Below, piece by piece: positions 27,771 to 39,194 of a stretch of DNA of 64,000 nucleotides (position 1 is its first letter; each line of letters opens with the position of its first letter). Under the pieces are notes generated by a model that made no database searches, was not told the DNA's origin, and worked only from the letters and a program-made list of their open reading frames with translations. Made by a program: the position numbers and the translations under genes. The stretch is from a plasmid, in the sequence record NZ_CP072340.1; one strand, given 5' to 3'.

Positions 27771-30700
27771 CCGTTGCGATGAGCATTTTTGCCCTTCCCT
27801 CGCTCTCACTCAGAGGTGCTCGTCCCAAGATTGTGGCATCTCCACTCTTGGCAAACTCCATCAACTTGCCGATAAAAACCTCCTGCTCGGGCGTGGGCGG
27901 TATGTTATGCAGTATCTCGTTCTTCTCGGGGCGGTCGATACCGATGTCCTTGGCTGTGCGAAAGTCGCAAATCTCCGCATAGAACGAGGCAAGCTCCGGC
28001 ACTTTGATAAAGGTGCGGAACCGCTCTTTCTGAATGATGTCGTTTGTGATGGAGAACTCATAGTCAGTTGATTTCTTGGCAAAGACTGCTGCCCAAGCAT
28101 CAAAACTGTTGATACCCTGTTTTTCTAATGCCTGCGGACGGAGATACTTGAACAGAAGATACAACTCCGTCAGGCTATTGGAAATGGTCGTTCCCGAAAG
28201 GAAAGTGGCTCCCAAATCCTTGCCGGACCTCTCCTGTATGGTACGAATAGCAAAGAGCATGTTTAAGGCACGCTGTGAACCATCAGGATTACCCAAGCCC
28301 GACACACGGTCGTGGCGGGTATTGAACATCAGGTTCTTGAATTGATGGCTTTCATCTACAAAGAGGTGGTCGATACCCATCATCTTGAAGTCTACAGCAT
28401 CGTCCTTTCTTTCGGCGATGCTGTCCTGTATGTTCTGCAACTTGGCTTCAAGCGTCTGCTTGCGTTTTTCCAGTCCTTTGAGCATGCCACGGGAGATGTC
28501 TCTTCCTTGTTGCCGCAACACTTCGAGATTTTCTTCCACGGAGTCCAGTTCCTTTTGCATAATCGCCTCCTGTATCTCGAAGGCCTGCGGTATCATGCCG
28601 AACTGTTCATGCGTAAGTATTATGCAGTCCCAGTCGTTGTTCTTGATGTCGTTGAAAATGCGTTGTCTGTTCTGCTTGTTGAAATCATTCTTGCCCGGAT
28701 ATAAGATCCTCGCATTGGGATAAGCCTTTCTAAAGGTGTCGGCAATGTCAAAGACGTTTGCCTTCAGTCCGATAATCATTGGCTTGTTTGCCAGTCCCAA
28801 TCGCTTCATCTCGTAGGCTGCCGTACACATGATGAGTGTCTTGCCCGCCCCCACCTCGTGATCACAGATGCCTCCTCCATTGGTCTTCAGCATCCATACG
28901 GCATCCTTCTGGCTCTTGTAGAGGTCGGCAATGCCCAACCGTTTGAGGTCAAGGTCGGGAAAAGTCTGATGTGTGCCGTCAAAGTTCGGTCGCACAAAAC
29001 AGTTGAAAAGGCGGTTGTACCTGTCGGAGAGTTGTTGTTTGAAGGTATCGGGTGTGCGTCCGAGCCAATCGACAAAGCCCTGTCTGATTTCCTCAATCTT
29101 GGCATTCGCCATCTGGATGGCATGTCCGTCCCTTACTTTGATGGTCTTGGTCTCTCCCGTAACCTTGTCCGTCACTTCCTTGCTCTTGTTGATGTCGGGA
29201 ATGGTATTGTGCAGGGCATGCTTTAAGAGATTGATACCGTCATAGCGGCGGAACTCACCCTGTACGGCATACTTGTGCCAGATATTGGCATTCTTATGGT
29301 CACATACAATGCTGTACTCGTCCATGTTGGAATGGTAGGATACACCAATATCCGTCCCGAAAAACTCCGAGGCAAACCTGCCATAGACTTTGGCAGGTAT
29401 CCAGCGTTCACCGAGATTAAAGTCAAGGTCTGCAAATGGAATGGGTGTTGGCGTGGCTGCACGCAAAGCGGCAAGGCTCTGTTTGGCTTCCTCATGGTCT
29501 GGATGGTCCAAGAGCCACGACTCGATACGCTCCGCCTTTTCTATTACATTGCCCGAAATGAACTTGTCCGCCACTTCGTAGGCATTCTCTTCGGGATTGT
29601 AATAGATGCGACCTTCCAAGGAAGAAATGATGTCGCTTTCCTCCATATCAGGTAAAAGCGAACTCATGTAGTCAAGTTCCACCGCGCCGTACTTGTTGAG
29701 CGATGCACCCAGTGCCTCCATCGGGTCTGCGGCAACGGTCAGTTCCGTGGTGGAAAATGCCGTAGGATGGTCAAAGATGTCCGCCTTGATGTACCTGCCG
29801 TTCTCGGAGCGTTCCAAGAACAGCATTTCCACGCCTGTAGCATCCATCTTGATGATGTCGGTGTTAGCCTTTTGGTTAAAGTAGCCCCAGCGTGCAACAT
29901 AATCATCATACAGGTGGTTGAGTCTGCTGCGGTCCTCCTTGTCTTCTGCATGGTTCTCTGCCTCGTAGTCATAGAGACGATGATAGCACTCCCGTATCTC
30001 GATATAGCTTTTTAGTCGGGAAAGCTGCGCATACGGCAAGTCCATCGGATTAAAGGTCGGATGTCGCTTTAAGTCAGAAAGAAACCCCACCTGCCCTTTC
30101 TGCACGACAATGGAGCCGTCTCTTAAGTGGGAGTCCGGCGATGAGAGAAAGGGACGGGGTGAGGAATCAAACTCCTTTTTCACCTCCGCTATCGGTTGTG
30201 GTTTTCGCTCTTCGGCTTCATTCATGAAGTCAAAGAGAGATGGCTCACGATATGAGGGGGAGATGATCTTCTTATTGCCCTTTCCTCTGGTTTTACGCCC
30301 TGGAGTGACTGTAGGTTGTTTTTCGCTCTCCTTTCCTGCTTTGTTTTCCGGTTGCTTTTGAGCTGTCTGCACCTGCGATTTTGGAGCTTCTTTAATCTCG
30401 CTGTTCACGCGCGTTACTTCCTGCGTCCAGAGATTGTATTCCTCCGGAGCGAACAGTGAAGGCTGCTCCGTTTCCTGTCGCTCGTCCATGCCGTTCATCA
30501 CCGGATGATGGTCATCGTCGAAATAGACCATCTGTCCGTTCATCTCCCGTGGAGACTCCACATCGGTACGGATTTCCTTCACATCCTGCTCATACTGACG
30601 GTGAAGAGTCAATGTAGGCACGCCTTCAGGAGCAGGCTCATAGGAAATGTGGTCGATAGCCTGCACGATTTGCCTATTAGCCTTTTCCCTGACTTGCTCC

Positions 30701-32460
30701 CCAGCCTTTTCTACTTGAACTTCCTCCTTGTCCTCTTCCGTGGAGAGCTTCTCCTCCATTGGCTGAGCCAGAACTGTCGGCTCGGCTTTTTTCTTGATTT
30801 CCTCAATAATCGGCTCCTTGGTGTATTGTCCTTGGACAATCTCCTCCAGTTCTGCAATCTCGTGCAGTTTCTTGGGGCTAAAATATAAGTCTCGCTCAAT
30901 GCCTAACCCATGTATCTTGACTTCCTCCATTTCGTCAAGCGACATATTGCCCAGTTCCCAACCATAGCCCATCGTGACAGCACCGAAACCGATGCGGGTC
31001 TTCGGGTCGTACTCCAAGAGGTAGGCCGTATATGCCCCCATCGGGAAGAAATAGCGTGCGTAGGCTATTTTATCGCCAATGAGTTCCTTCTCCGTGCTGT
31101 ATAGTTTGGGCAATTGTTTCCTGATGCTGTCGGGCATGAGATTATAGGCGTTATCCGCCTCCTTGTCCGTTTTTGGCTCCTCGTTGGGCAAATCAACCGT
31201 TATACCCAACTTCTGCAGTTGTTTCTCCACTTCTTTCTGTCGTTCCTCTTCCGTCATCGGTATGCCAGTTTCATAGAGCTTTCGGTCAAAGCGTTGCTCA
31301 AATTCCAAGGAGAGTTGTGTTCTGATACTCTCCGCCATATCATCAATGCTGCCATCGAAGCGATACTCCCATGCAGGTTTGCCGTATGGGTCCCTGCCCA
31401 TCGTGCGTTCCGTGGCAATGGTGCGGTGGGCTATGTCCTTCCATTCACCATCAAAGAGCGAGTTGTGCTTGAATACGACAGAGGAACCTTCGGCTATGGG
31501 AACAGACACAGAAGCTACGAACTGCTGTTCGATGCCCTCGCCGATGGTCTTGCCCGACTGCTTTTGCAGGACGATGAGGTCGCTGCCGACTTCCGTTCCT
31601 GCATTCTCAGAGAACATACCCGACGGCAGGCGGAGAGCGGAGATAAGCCGGCTGTTCTGCATCAGATAACGGCGGATGGCTTCGTTCTTCGGGCTGTCCA
31701 GCACACCCTGCGAGGTGATGAATGCCATCAGCCCACCTTCTTTAATGCAGTCCAGCCCCTTTACAAAGAAGTAATTGTGGATGGCTCGTGTGGATTCGCG
31801 TTTGAGAATGTCCTTGCCCTTGCTGTACTCCCGGTCATAGACCATGAAATCACCAAAGGGAATGTTACTTGTTATAAGGTCGTACTTGTCCTTGTCCTCC
31901 AACTCTCCGATGGCTTCAAAGGGGGCTTGGCGGACTATGATGTTGCCTTGTCCATAAGGATGAATGGCTTGTGAGATACGGGCAGTGAGCAGGTCTTTCT
32001 CCATTGCATCGACCATACCGGCCTTTTTCGCAAAGGTCTCAGTAAAAGCTCCCATGCCTGCCGACGGATCCAAGCATCGACGTATGGGAACATCTACTGA
32101 AGAGAGTGCGTCTGCAATGGCATTGACGATACGGGTGTCGGTATAAAAGGACGTGAGCACGCTTGCCTTGATGCTCTCCCAATAACGTTTGGCGGTATTG
32201 GCATCGACGGCATCACGGTAAATCATCTGCTTGAGCCTTTGGGTAGGCTCGAAGAGGTGTTGCTCCGACTTGCTCCAATAACGAATGTCGTCGGGGTTGT
32301 CCGTGCGGTTAAGCACGCATTTCAAGCCACCGAAGCCCTGATAGTCGCGCAATATGCCTTTCTCTGCTTCGGTGGCTTCACGGCGTTCTTTCTCCAAGCG
32401 CAGCACGACACGGATGGCTTCCGTGTTGGCCGCCAAGACTGCTTTCTTATTGTATGCCAT
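27727..32460 (-). CDS. N6-adenine DNA methyltransferase fused to SNF2-family helicase N-terminal half (5' fragment of split gene; last ~10 codons and stop supplied by element-2 end)
   Basis: MTase motif [10 protein letters not shown]; helicase Walker [17 protein letters not shown] box [11 protein letters not shown]; ends ..[16 protein letters not shown] inside the element end repeat. Confidence 0.85.
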   Translation of the reverse strand: MAYNKKAVLAANTEAIRVVLRLEKERREATEAEKGILRDYQGFGGLKCVLNRTDNPDDIRYWSKSEQHLFEPTQRLKQMIYRDAVDANTAKRYWESIKASVLTSFYTDTRIVNAIADALSSVDVPIRRCLDPSAGMGAFTETFAKKAGMVDAMEKDLLTARISQAIHPYGQGNIIVRQAPFEAIGELEDKDKYDLITSNIPFGDFMVYDREYSKGKDILKRESTRAIHNYFFVKGLDCIKEGGLMAFITSQGVLDSPKNEAIRRYLMQNSRLISALRLPSGMFSENAGTEVGSDLIVLQKQSGKTIGEGIEQQFVASVSVPIAEGSSVVFKHNSLFDGEWKDIAHRTIATERTMGRDPYGKPAWEYRFDGSIDDMAESIRTQLSLEFEQRFDRKLYETGIPMTEEERQKEVEKQLQKLGITVDLPNEEPKTDKEADNAYNLMPDSIRKQLPKLYSTEKELIGDKIAYARYFFPMGAYTAYLLEYDPKTRIGFGAVTMGYGWELGNMSLDEMEEVKIHGLGIERDLYFSPKKLHEIAELEEIVQGQYTKEPIIEEIKKKAEPTVLAQPMEEKLSTEEDKEEVQVEKAGEQVREKANRQIVQAIDHISYEPAPEGVPTLTLHRQYEQDVKEIRTDVESPREMNGQMVYFDDDHHPVMNGMDERQETEQPSLFAPEEYNLWTQEVTRVNSEIKEAPKSQVQTAQKQPENKAGKESEKQPTVTPGRKTRGKGNKKIISPSYREPSLFDFMNEAEERKPQPIAEVKKEFDSSPRPFLSSPDSHLRDGSIVVQKGQVGFLSDLKRHPTFNPMDLPYAQLSRLKSYIEIRECYHRLYDYEAENHAEDKEDRSRLNHLYDDYVARWGYFNQKANTDIIKMDATGVEMLFLERSENGRYIKADIFDHPTAFSTTELTVAADPMEALGASLNKYGAVELDYMSSLLPDMEESDIISSLEGRIYYNPEENAYEVADKFISGNVIEKAERIESWLLDHPDHEEAKQSLAALRAATPTPIPFADLDFNLGERWIPAKVYGRFASEFFGTDIGVSYHSNMDEYSIVCDHKNANIWHKYAVQGEFRRYDGINLLKHALHNTIPDINKSKEVTDKVTGETKTIKVRDGHAIQMANAKIEEIRQGFVDWLGRTPDTFKQQLSDRYNRLFNCFVRPNFDGTHQTFPDLDLKRLGIADLYKSQKDAVWMLKTNGGGICDHEVGAGKTLIMCTAAYEMKRLGLANKPMIIGLKANVFDIADTFRKAYPNARILYPGKNDFNKQNRQRIFNDIKNNDWDCIILTHEQFGMIPQAFEIQEAIMQKELDSVEENLEVLRQQGRDISRGMLKGLEKRKQTLEAKLQNIQDSIAERKDDAVDFKMMGIDHLFVDESHQFKNLMFNTRHDRVSGLGNPDGSQRALNMLFAIRTIQERSGKDLGATFLSGTTISNSLTELYLLFKYLRPQALEKQGINSFDAWAAVFAKKSTDYEFSITNDIIQKERFRTFIKVPELASFYAEICDFRTAKDIGIDRPEKNEILHNIPPTPEQEVFIGKLMEFAKSGDATILGRAPLSESEGRAKMLIATDYARKRFKNIVSFR

Positions 32461-32553
32461 AATAATATGCTTTAATTAAAGAAAAGTGAAAAAGGTCAGA
32501 AGATACTCGTGCTACCTCCCGACCAATTCTGTTCCTCTTTGTTTCTGTCGGGA

Positions 32554-33735
32554 TTATCTCTCTCGTTGTTTTCCTTTCCTATTCTCAAACTCAAATGCAG
32601 TGGTACAGTCGTCCTGCAATACCAGTCGGGCATTGAACTTCTTACCAGCCTTGCTGGTCAAGCCATTGAGGACGGGCGTCCGACCTGTGGTTATCAAATC
32701 TCGGATATTGCCCTCTGTAAGAAGCGTTCCACAGACCTCACGAAATATATGAAAGTCGCAGCCCTCGTGTCTGCATTTGGCGACTTTGGTATAAATGCCC
32801 ACACTTTCGTTACCACATTTAGGGCAGTGGTAGGTGGGATAAGACTTCTGCACCTGTGGAGCAAGGGCAAGGAGTTCCTCGCAGATAGTGCCGACGTATG
32901 AGTTGATGCCTTGCGCGAACTTCTCCGCCGGCATTTGTCTCGCCTCGATAGCGGCAAGAGCCAGTTCCCAACTGCCAGTCATCTCCGCATTGGCAATCTT
33001 CTTGTCCTTGACAATCTCATAGACTGACAAGCCTTTTTCGGTAGGTATGATAGCTTTCTTATTCCTACGGATATAGTCACGGAGAATAAGCGTTTCGATA
33101 ATGTTGGCACGGGTTGCAGGTGTGCCGATACCGCACTCTGCCATCGCCTTCTTGCTTTCAGCATCTTCGACATCTTTCCCAGCGTTCTCCATTGCAGAGA
33201 GCAGAGTTGCTTCTGTGTAGAGTGGTTTCGGCTTGGTCTTATGCTCGGTAATCTCTGCATTGAGAAGTGACAGGACTTCACCTTCCGTTAAGCTGGGCAG
33301 GGCGGATAAGGTCTGTTCCTCGTTTTCCTTTCCATTTTCATTTTGAGTGTCAGCGCCTTGCTGCACGTCTTTCCAACCCAAAGAGATTTGTCGGCACGCC
33401 TTCCAAGTAAAGGTATTGGTGCCGTCCGTGAACTTCACCTGCATACGTTCTTCCTCTGAGTCGGGAGAGAAAGCCTCTAAAAAGCGAGTTACTATCATTT
33501 GATAGATGGTCGCCTCGTCCACCGACAAGCCCGAAGGGGTTTCTCCTGTGGGGATAATAGCGTGGTGGTCGGTAACTTTTGCATTGTCCACAGAATGGCG
33601 GTTAAGCGGATTGGATAGCGCCTTGTCTATCTTGCGAAGCAGGACGGGTACTTCCTCAAAGACATCCTCACTGATGTATCGGCTGCCTGTACGGGGATAG
33701 TTTATAGAATAAAGACAATGAAAGAAGAAAGGACA
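32554..33735 (-). pseudogene. topB: DNA topoisomerase III, 3' fragment (from active-site YPR motif to zinc-ribbon C-terminus)
   Basis: DHHAIIPTGE, CPKCGNES zinc ribbon; hand translation upstream of the ORF-track start gives ..LYSINYPRTGSRYISEDVFEEV, open to ~33867. Confidence 0.75.
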
Positions 33736-33815
33736 AACAAAAACGAAATCTGCTGAATAATAGCAATTTATGCACTTTATTGCTTTTTATGGAATGGCAA
33801 GGATAGGCGAAAAAC

Positions 33816-33885
33816 GGCAGGAGTTCCGTTACCAAATCGTAACCCAACAGGGAAAAAGCAAAAATGGGTTACGAATCGAAGCTAA
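33816..33885. repeat. conserved left-end block with CGTAACCC..GGGTTACG inverted repeat
   Basis: Near-identical to 16428-16495. Confidence 0.6.
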
Positions 33886-35219
33886 ACAACTGTGTCATAG
33901 GTTTTTATTCCTCATCTTTCATTTTTTTGCATCGCTCTGGAGCACTTGAATGTATGTACCTTTGCATGCAAAGGAAATTTAGAAAAAACGACAGAGAAAT
34001 GAAAGAAAACAAACTGAAAGTGTCGTTCTTCGTTCAAGCAGGACGAGCGGACAAAAAAGGCATGGTGCCGCTTATCGGACGGATAGAACTAGGCAGGAGG
34101 CATTCCGCCTTTTCCGCCAAAAAGAAAATCCCATTGTCTCTTTGGGACAGCAGGAAGCAACGTCTTCTCGGCAAGAGTGCCATCGCAAATTCAATCAACC
34201 GGTATTTGAATGAATGCACCGCACTCGTTCACGCTCGTTATCGGGAACTCTGCGAAAGGGGAGAGACATTCTCGGCTGCGGACGTGCGCAATGCCTATCA
34301 GGGACAGCTTTGTCAAAATGCAATGCTTTTAGAGTGTTATGCTGAATACCTCAGACAGATTGAGGAAAGAGTGGGCATAGACCGGGCTATGAAAACTTTG
34401 GAGCTGCGCACCTATCAGCAAACGCTTCTTCGGGAGTATGTGCGGAGGAAATACAAGTTAAGTGATATTCCGCTTATGGAGTTGGATATTTCCTTTATAG
34501 AAGGCTATGAATACTTTCTGACAATAGACAGGAAACTGAAGCGTGGCAGCATATGCAGTGCCTTGTCTGCCTTAAAGGCGGTCGTGAACAAGGCAGTCAA
34601 AAATGGCATGACAGACATGTATCCGTTCATTAGCTACAGTTACGAGAAACTGAAAGGAACACCGAGAAACATCACGCAGGACGACCTGCAAAAGATTATC
34701 GATCTGCCCATCAGATGGGAGAAATACCGTGTCGTCCGTGATTTGTTCGTGTTCTCCTGCTTCAGCGGTCTTGCAATTTCGGACATACGCAATCTCAAAG
34801 AGGAAAACATCATCCTTGAGGAAGGCAGGCTATGTATCAAAAACAAGCGTGTCAAGACCAAGACTCCTTTTCGCGTAGTGGTTCTCCCTCCTGCCAAGAC
34901 CATTATGGAAAGATACAGGGGCATACGTGCAGGATATGTGTTTGACGTTCCCACAAGAGACGTGGTTTACAATGCAATGCACTACATACAGAGAAGCATC
35001 GGTATGGAAGCTCCGCTGACCTTCCACATGGCCCGCCATACCTTTGCATCGGTCATCACCCTGTCGGCGGGTGTCCCGATAGAAACCGTAAGCGGTATGC
35101 TGGGGCATACCAATTTGAGAACGACACAAGTGTATGCAGCGGTCAATTCCGAAAGAATCAGACAGGATATGCAGAAGATTCAACTGCAGATAGAACACAC
35201 ATTCACCTTAAAATTATAG
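33864..35219 (+). CDS. tyrosine integrase, first of pair (true start probably MKENKLKV at ~33999)
   Basis: HMARHTFASV...GHTNLRTTQVYAAV; ~75% identical to 16488..17831. Confidence 0.85.
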   Translation: MGYESKLNNCVIGFYSSSFIFLHRSGALECMYLCMQRKFRKNDREMKENKLKVSFFVQAGRADKKGMVPLIGRIELGRRHSAFSAKKKIPLSLWDSRKQRLLGKSAIANSINRYLNECTALVHARYRELCERGETFSAADVRNAYQGQLCQNAMLLECYAEYLRQIEERVGIDRAMKTLELRTYQQTLLREYVRRKYKLSDIPLMELDISFIEGYEYFLTIDRKLKRGSICSALSALKAVVNKAVKNGMTDMYPFISYSYEKLKGTPRNITQDDLQKIIDLPIRWEKYRVVRDLFVFSCFSGLAISDIRNLKEENIILEEGRLCIKNKRVKTKTPFRVVVLPPAKTIMERYRGIRAGYVFDVPTRDVVYNAMHYIQRSIGMEAPLTFHMARHTFASVITLSAGVPIETVSGMLGHTNLRTTQVYAAVNSERIRQDMQKIQLQIEHTFTLKL

Positions 35220-35222
35220 CTT

Positions 35223-36485
35223 ATGGCACGCAGCACATTCAGGACATTGTTCTACATTAACCGTTCCAAACTGAAGAAGAACGGCAAATGCCCGATAATG
35301 GGGCGAATCACCATAGACGGGCAGCAGGTACAATACAGCATGGGGCTGGAAATCAATCCTGACAATTGGGACGCAAAGCATGGCAGATGCAAAGGCGACC
35401 TTGACGAAATGAAGAGCATCAACCGCATACTGACAGAAAAGGAAGGACAGATGCAAGCCAAATACAATGAGCTGGTCTGGCAAAAGGGGTACGTGAGCGC
35501 AGAACTGCTCAAAAGCAGGCTGATGGAGGATTCACAAAGCAATGGCATGCTCATAGAAGAGGCAGACCGTTTTATAGAGGAAAAACGCCCTTGTGCAGGA
35601 GTGACCATTGCACAATCCACTTTTCGCAACTACATCTATGACAGGCAACTCATAGTGTCGTTTCTGCAGGATAAATTCGGGGTGTCGGATATTTGCTATT
35701 CACGGTTGGATTATGGCTTTATAGAGGAATTGGACTTCTACCTGAAAAGCAAGCGCGGACTGTCATCCGCCACCATTCAGATGACGGTTGTCTTCCTGAG
35801 AAAGCTCATAGGCATCGGGCAACGGAAAAAATACATCCGCCGAGACCCGTTTGTGGATTTCAAGGCGGAAAAGCCACACGGCACGAGAAGGTATCTTACA
35901 ACGGAGGAGCTCAACCGCATTTTGCAAACGCCCATTATCAACAAGCAGTTCGAGCGGGCAAGGCAACTCTTCATTTTCTGTGCCTTCACGGGATTGGCTC
36001 GTGTGGATATGCTGCGACTGACCCCAAGGCATATCCACCATTATGATGACGGAACTTGTGAGATACGCATCAAAAGGCAAAAGACGGACGTGGAAGCCAT
36101 CATTCCACTTCTGCCCATCGCAAAGGAGATACTTGATATTCATATAAAAGGGAAGCAACCCGATGAGTTGATATTTCCTACATTGAACGTCAGCAAGGCC
36201 TCTTTCGCCTGTATAAACATTGGTCAGATATGCCAGATAGAGAATGGCTTGACTTTTCACATGGCTCGCCACACTTTCGCCACGACCATCTGCCTTTCCA
36301 ACGGTATGGCAATGGAGACGCTCAGTAAGATGCTCGGACACAGCGACATTGGTACGACACAGATTTATGGAAAAATTACCGACCTGAAAATCAGAGAGGA
36401 TATGAGCCGATTGCAGGAGCGTGAAAACAAGGCTTTTTCTGATTACACCGAATCCATAGAACGACAAGTGGCATCAACATTTTAG
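35223..36485 (+). CDS. tyrosine integrase, second of pair
   Basis: HMARHTFATT...GHSDIGTTQIYGKI; homolog of 17836..19104. Confidence 0.85.
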   Translation: MARSTFRTLFYINRSKLKKNGKCPIMGRITIDGQQVQYSMGLEINPDNWDAKHGRCKGDLDEMKSINRILTEKEGQMQAKYNELVWQKGYVSAELLKSRLMEDSQSNGMLIEEADRFIEEKRPCAGVTIAQSTFRNYIYDRQLIVSFLQDKFGVSDICYSRLDYGFIEELDFYLKSKRGLSSATIQMTVVFLRKLIGIGQRKKYIRRDPFVDFKAEKPHGTRRYLTTEELNRILQTPIINKQFERARQLFIFCAFTGLARVDMLRLTPRHIHHYDDGTCEIRIKRQKTDVEAIIPLLPIAKEILDIHIKGKQPDELIFPTLNVSKASFACINIGQICQIENGLTFHMARHTFATTICLSNGMAMETLSKMLGHSDIGTTQIYGKITDLKIREDMSRLQERENKAFSDYTESIERQVASTF

Positions 36486-36506
36486 AAATCAACAAATACC
36501 TACAAA

Positions 36507-36977
36507 ATGAATACAGATAATAATACAAAGGAACTTTCCTACTTTCAGTTGAAATTAAGAAGTTATATGAGTGAACATCACCCCGAAAGGTTACAAGATA
36601 CGGAGTTTATCACAGCACGGGCAGATATGGCTCTGACCACTTACTGCGATGCTGTGGCGCAGGGCTTCACGCACCCCGAGGCGGAGAGCATGGCAAGCGA
36701 GGTTTTGTACCAGGGCTTGCATCTCTCCAAGTACGATACGCTTGTATCTGTGTTGGAAAACGAATTTGAAAGGGAACTGCCTGCTCCGCTCCCAGAGAAG
36801 CTCGCACCCATATTGTTATCGAATGAGGCTGTTCAAGCCACATTCGACAAGTTCGGTTTGACGGACATATTTGCCGCAAGCGGACAATACGACCGCCTTT
36901 ACACCGAACTAACAGGCACGATAGTGCTGCTCATTGAGAGCAATAATCTGCCGACAGTCGGTCAGACAGACAGATAA
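36507..36977 (+). CDS. conserved hypothetical protein (paralog of 19157..19624)
   Basis: High identity to element-2 copy. Confidence 0.6.
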   Translation: MNTDNNTKELSYFQLKLRSYMSEHHPERLQDTEFITARADMALTTYCDAVAQGFTHPEAESMASEVLYQGLHLSKYDTLVSVLENEFERELPAPLPEKLAPILLSNEAVQATFDKFGLTDIFAASGQYDRLYTELTGTIVLLIESNNLPTVGQTDR

Positions 36978-37077
36978 AACGTATGTCTGCATCTTATAAA
37001 CAGCCTCATGCAAAGCCCTGAAACCGTAATCGGTCGGGCAAAGGTATGACGGTAGCCTTTACTTACTTGCAAGGTCG

Positions 37078-37121
37078 AGTCCTGCGGATGGAGCGAAAAA
37101 TCTCCACCGCAGGGCTTTTCT
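37078..37121 (+). terminator. hairpin CCTGCGGATGGAG..TCTCCACCGCAGG + T-rich tract
   Basis: Conserved copy of 19715-19761. Confidence 0.55.
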
Positions 37122-37669
37122 CTGCACTTTGATACAGTCATACTTGCAAAAACTAATCTTTTGTGCGGTCGTATTTTTCGCTCCAACCTTGCAAAAGTAG
37201 GCTAACCTCCAAAGGAAAATGCCCGAACGAATACGGCATACTCAGGCTCTTTGGACGCAAGCGATAAAACAAATATTCTACCTGTCAACCGCACGGACGA
37301 TTGGTCAATCTCTCTGTAGTTCGGTAGAGAACTCTCACTTTCGTTCAATATATCTATCGTTCGGACAATCTATTTCTCGAACAATAGAACGTTCGATATG
37401 TCGAATAATCGAATGTTCGAGAGTTAGTTGCTTACATTTTCGCTGAAATGGAACGAACCGACACCTCATCTCATTACCGCAATCATTTATATCTCCCCAT
37501 TGTTTTTGTCTTTTACACATCACGTTTTCCTTTGCCTTCCCTCTGTTTCCCTGCTTTTCTCTGTCCCTTTTTTCTATGCCGTCATAGGCTTACCTTTGCA
37601 CACGATAATAACGGCAACAGACTGTATATGAGTTTGTTTGCTAAGTAATAACAACGTAATCAAAACAAA

Positions 37670-37948
37670 ATGAATGCAATGAAACTTATCATTATTGACC
37701 GCAAGGCATGGGAGCGACACTGTTCCGACTTTACAGATCTTATCCACCGTATCGAACAGCTTATCGGCAATCCGCCTGAAGCGGACGAATGGCTCGACAA
37801 TGAAGCCGTATGTCGCAGGCTCGGCATCAGCAAGCGCACCCTGCAATCCTATCGGGACACAGGCAAGATCCCTTTCTCTATCATTGGGCATAAATGCTAT
37901 TATAAGGAAAGCGACATCACAGAGTTACTGAACTCAAACACTAAATAA
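37670..37948 (+). CDS. Xis-like helix-turn-helix protein
   Basis: Paralog of 20304..20573. Confidence 0.65.
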   Translation: MNAMKLIIIDRKAWERHCSDFTDLIHRIEQLIGNPPEADEWLDNEAVCRRLGISKRTLQSYRDTGKIPFSIIGHKCYYKESDITELLNSNTK

Positions 37949-37951
37949 ATT

Positions 37952-38266
37952 ATGGCAGAGAACGAAATCATTACACAGCAAGACCCTCAGATGCAGATGT
38001 TTGCACAGTTAATGGAGGGCATATTGAAGAAATTGGAGCGTTATTGCTCTACAGCCCGTCCGATGTTAGGCGGAGAGGTTTACCTCACAGGAGAGGAGGT
38101 TTGCAAGCAGTTACGGCTGAGTCCCCGAACCCTTCAGGACTATCGGGACAACGGTACGATTGCCTACTGCAAAATCGGAGGGAAGATACTCTACAGGCAG
38201 AGCGATATACAGGCTATGCTTGAAAGACATTATAACCCGATATCCAAGAAGCCATGGCAAGTGTAA
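37952..38266 (+). CDS. Xis-like helix-turn-helix protein
   Basis: Paralog of 20577..20891. Confidence 0.65.
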   Translation: MAENEIITQQDPQMQMFAQLMEGILKKLERYCSTARPMLGGEVYLTGEEVCKQLRLSPRTLQDYRDNGTIAYCKIGGKILYRQSDIQAMLERHYNPISKKPWQV

Positions 38267-38334
38267 AGGAGCAGAGAGTGAACGTTTCGGGATATGTGGA
38301 GCAGGTGCTTCGGGAACACCTTGGCCAATACAAA

Positions 38335-38577
38335 GATGATGTGGAAAGATGGCGGAAACTCTGAAGTACTGAATTCTTCGAATGCAAGCCTGCGCAGAGT
38401 TACCACATTCACAGAATGCAGTAACACAGCAGGGGCTTATCAATCTCTTTCTTGCTACAGCAGCAAGGTGTGTCTTTGTCCGACAAATTGCCATTTGTAT
38501 CACAAATACCCTTGCCCCGAAGGGGGATTAAATCACTCCAAAGTCGTGATTAGATAGCAAACAAAACAACTAAGATT
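38335..38577. promoter_or_regulatory. oriT-like conserved block upstream of MobA-like gene
   Basis: Shared with 21395-21595 and 59986-60110. Confidence 0.5.
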
Positions 38578-39006
38578 ATGCCCAAATTAGAAATAGCCAA
38601 TAACAACCGTTACGGACACCGAAATACCGTAGAAGTGCCACGCTGGGACAGATGGGACACCCGTATGCCCGATGTAAAAGACCAGTTGCGTGCCATTGAC
38701 CTGTACAACAAGTCGGGTGCGGTGAGCAAGTCCGATTTTGTTCGCGCCCGAATACTCGGAGAGAGTTTCAAGGTGATAACAGTAGATAGGTCCGTCGTGG
38801 AGTACCACCGCAAGCTCTCTGAACTTACAGTCCAAGTACATAAGATAGGCACAAACTACAATCAGGTCGTACGCTTAATGCACCTTTATACGGCAGAGAA
38901 AAGCATACAGGCATTGTTGCGGGAGCTTATTGGTTTGACAAAAGAACTCACTGCCTTGCAAGAGAAAGCAGTGAGTTTAACCATTGACTATCGGGAGAGA
39001 TTATGA
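38578..39006 (+). CDS. MobA-like relaxosome accessory protein
   Basis: ~55% identical to backbone mobA; no relaxase gene follows. Confidence 0.7.
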   Translation: MPKLEIANNNRYGHRNTVEVPRWDRWDTRMPDVKDQLRAIDLYNKSGAVSKSDFVRARILGESFKVITVDRSVVEYHRKLSELTVQVHKIGTNYNQVVRLMHLYTAEKSIQALLRELIGLTKELTALQEKAVSLTIDYRERL

Positions 39007-39194
39007 AAGTATTAACATTACGCTCTTTAGAGCCAGGTATTTTGTGATTGAAACAGAAAGCCATATTGTGGTATGACTTTCTGTTTATTGCTACTACAAT
39101 ATGTCATAGGGGGAGACCTTTGCCATGATTTCTAAGCCATATACATAACTTTGTTCGTCTGTTGTCAGAGATTTAGTTTCATAACAAGCAAGAA

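Noticed and set aside
31114-31974. 286-aa plus-strand ORF
   Set aside because: Antisense to the methylase-helicase gene, which carries clear MTase/helicase motifs.
35763-36467. 234-aa minus-strand ORF
   Set aside because: Antisense within the second integrase of element 3.
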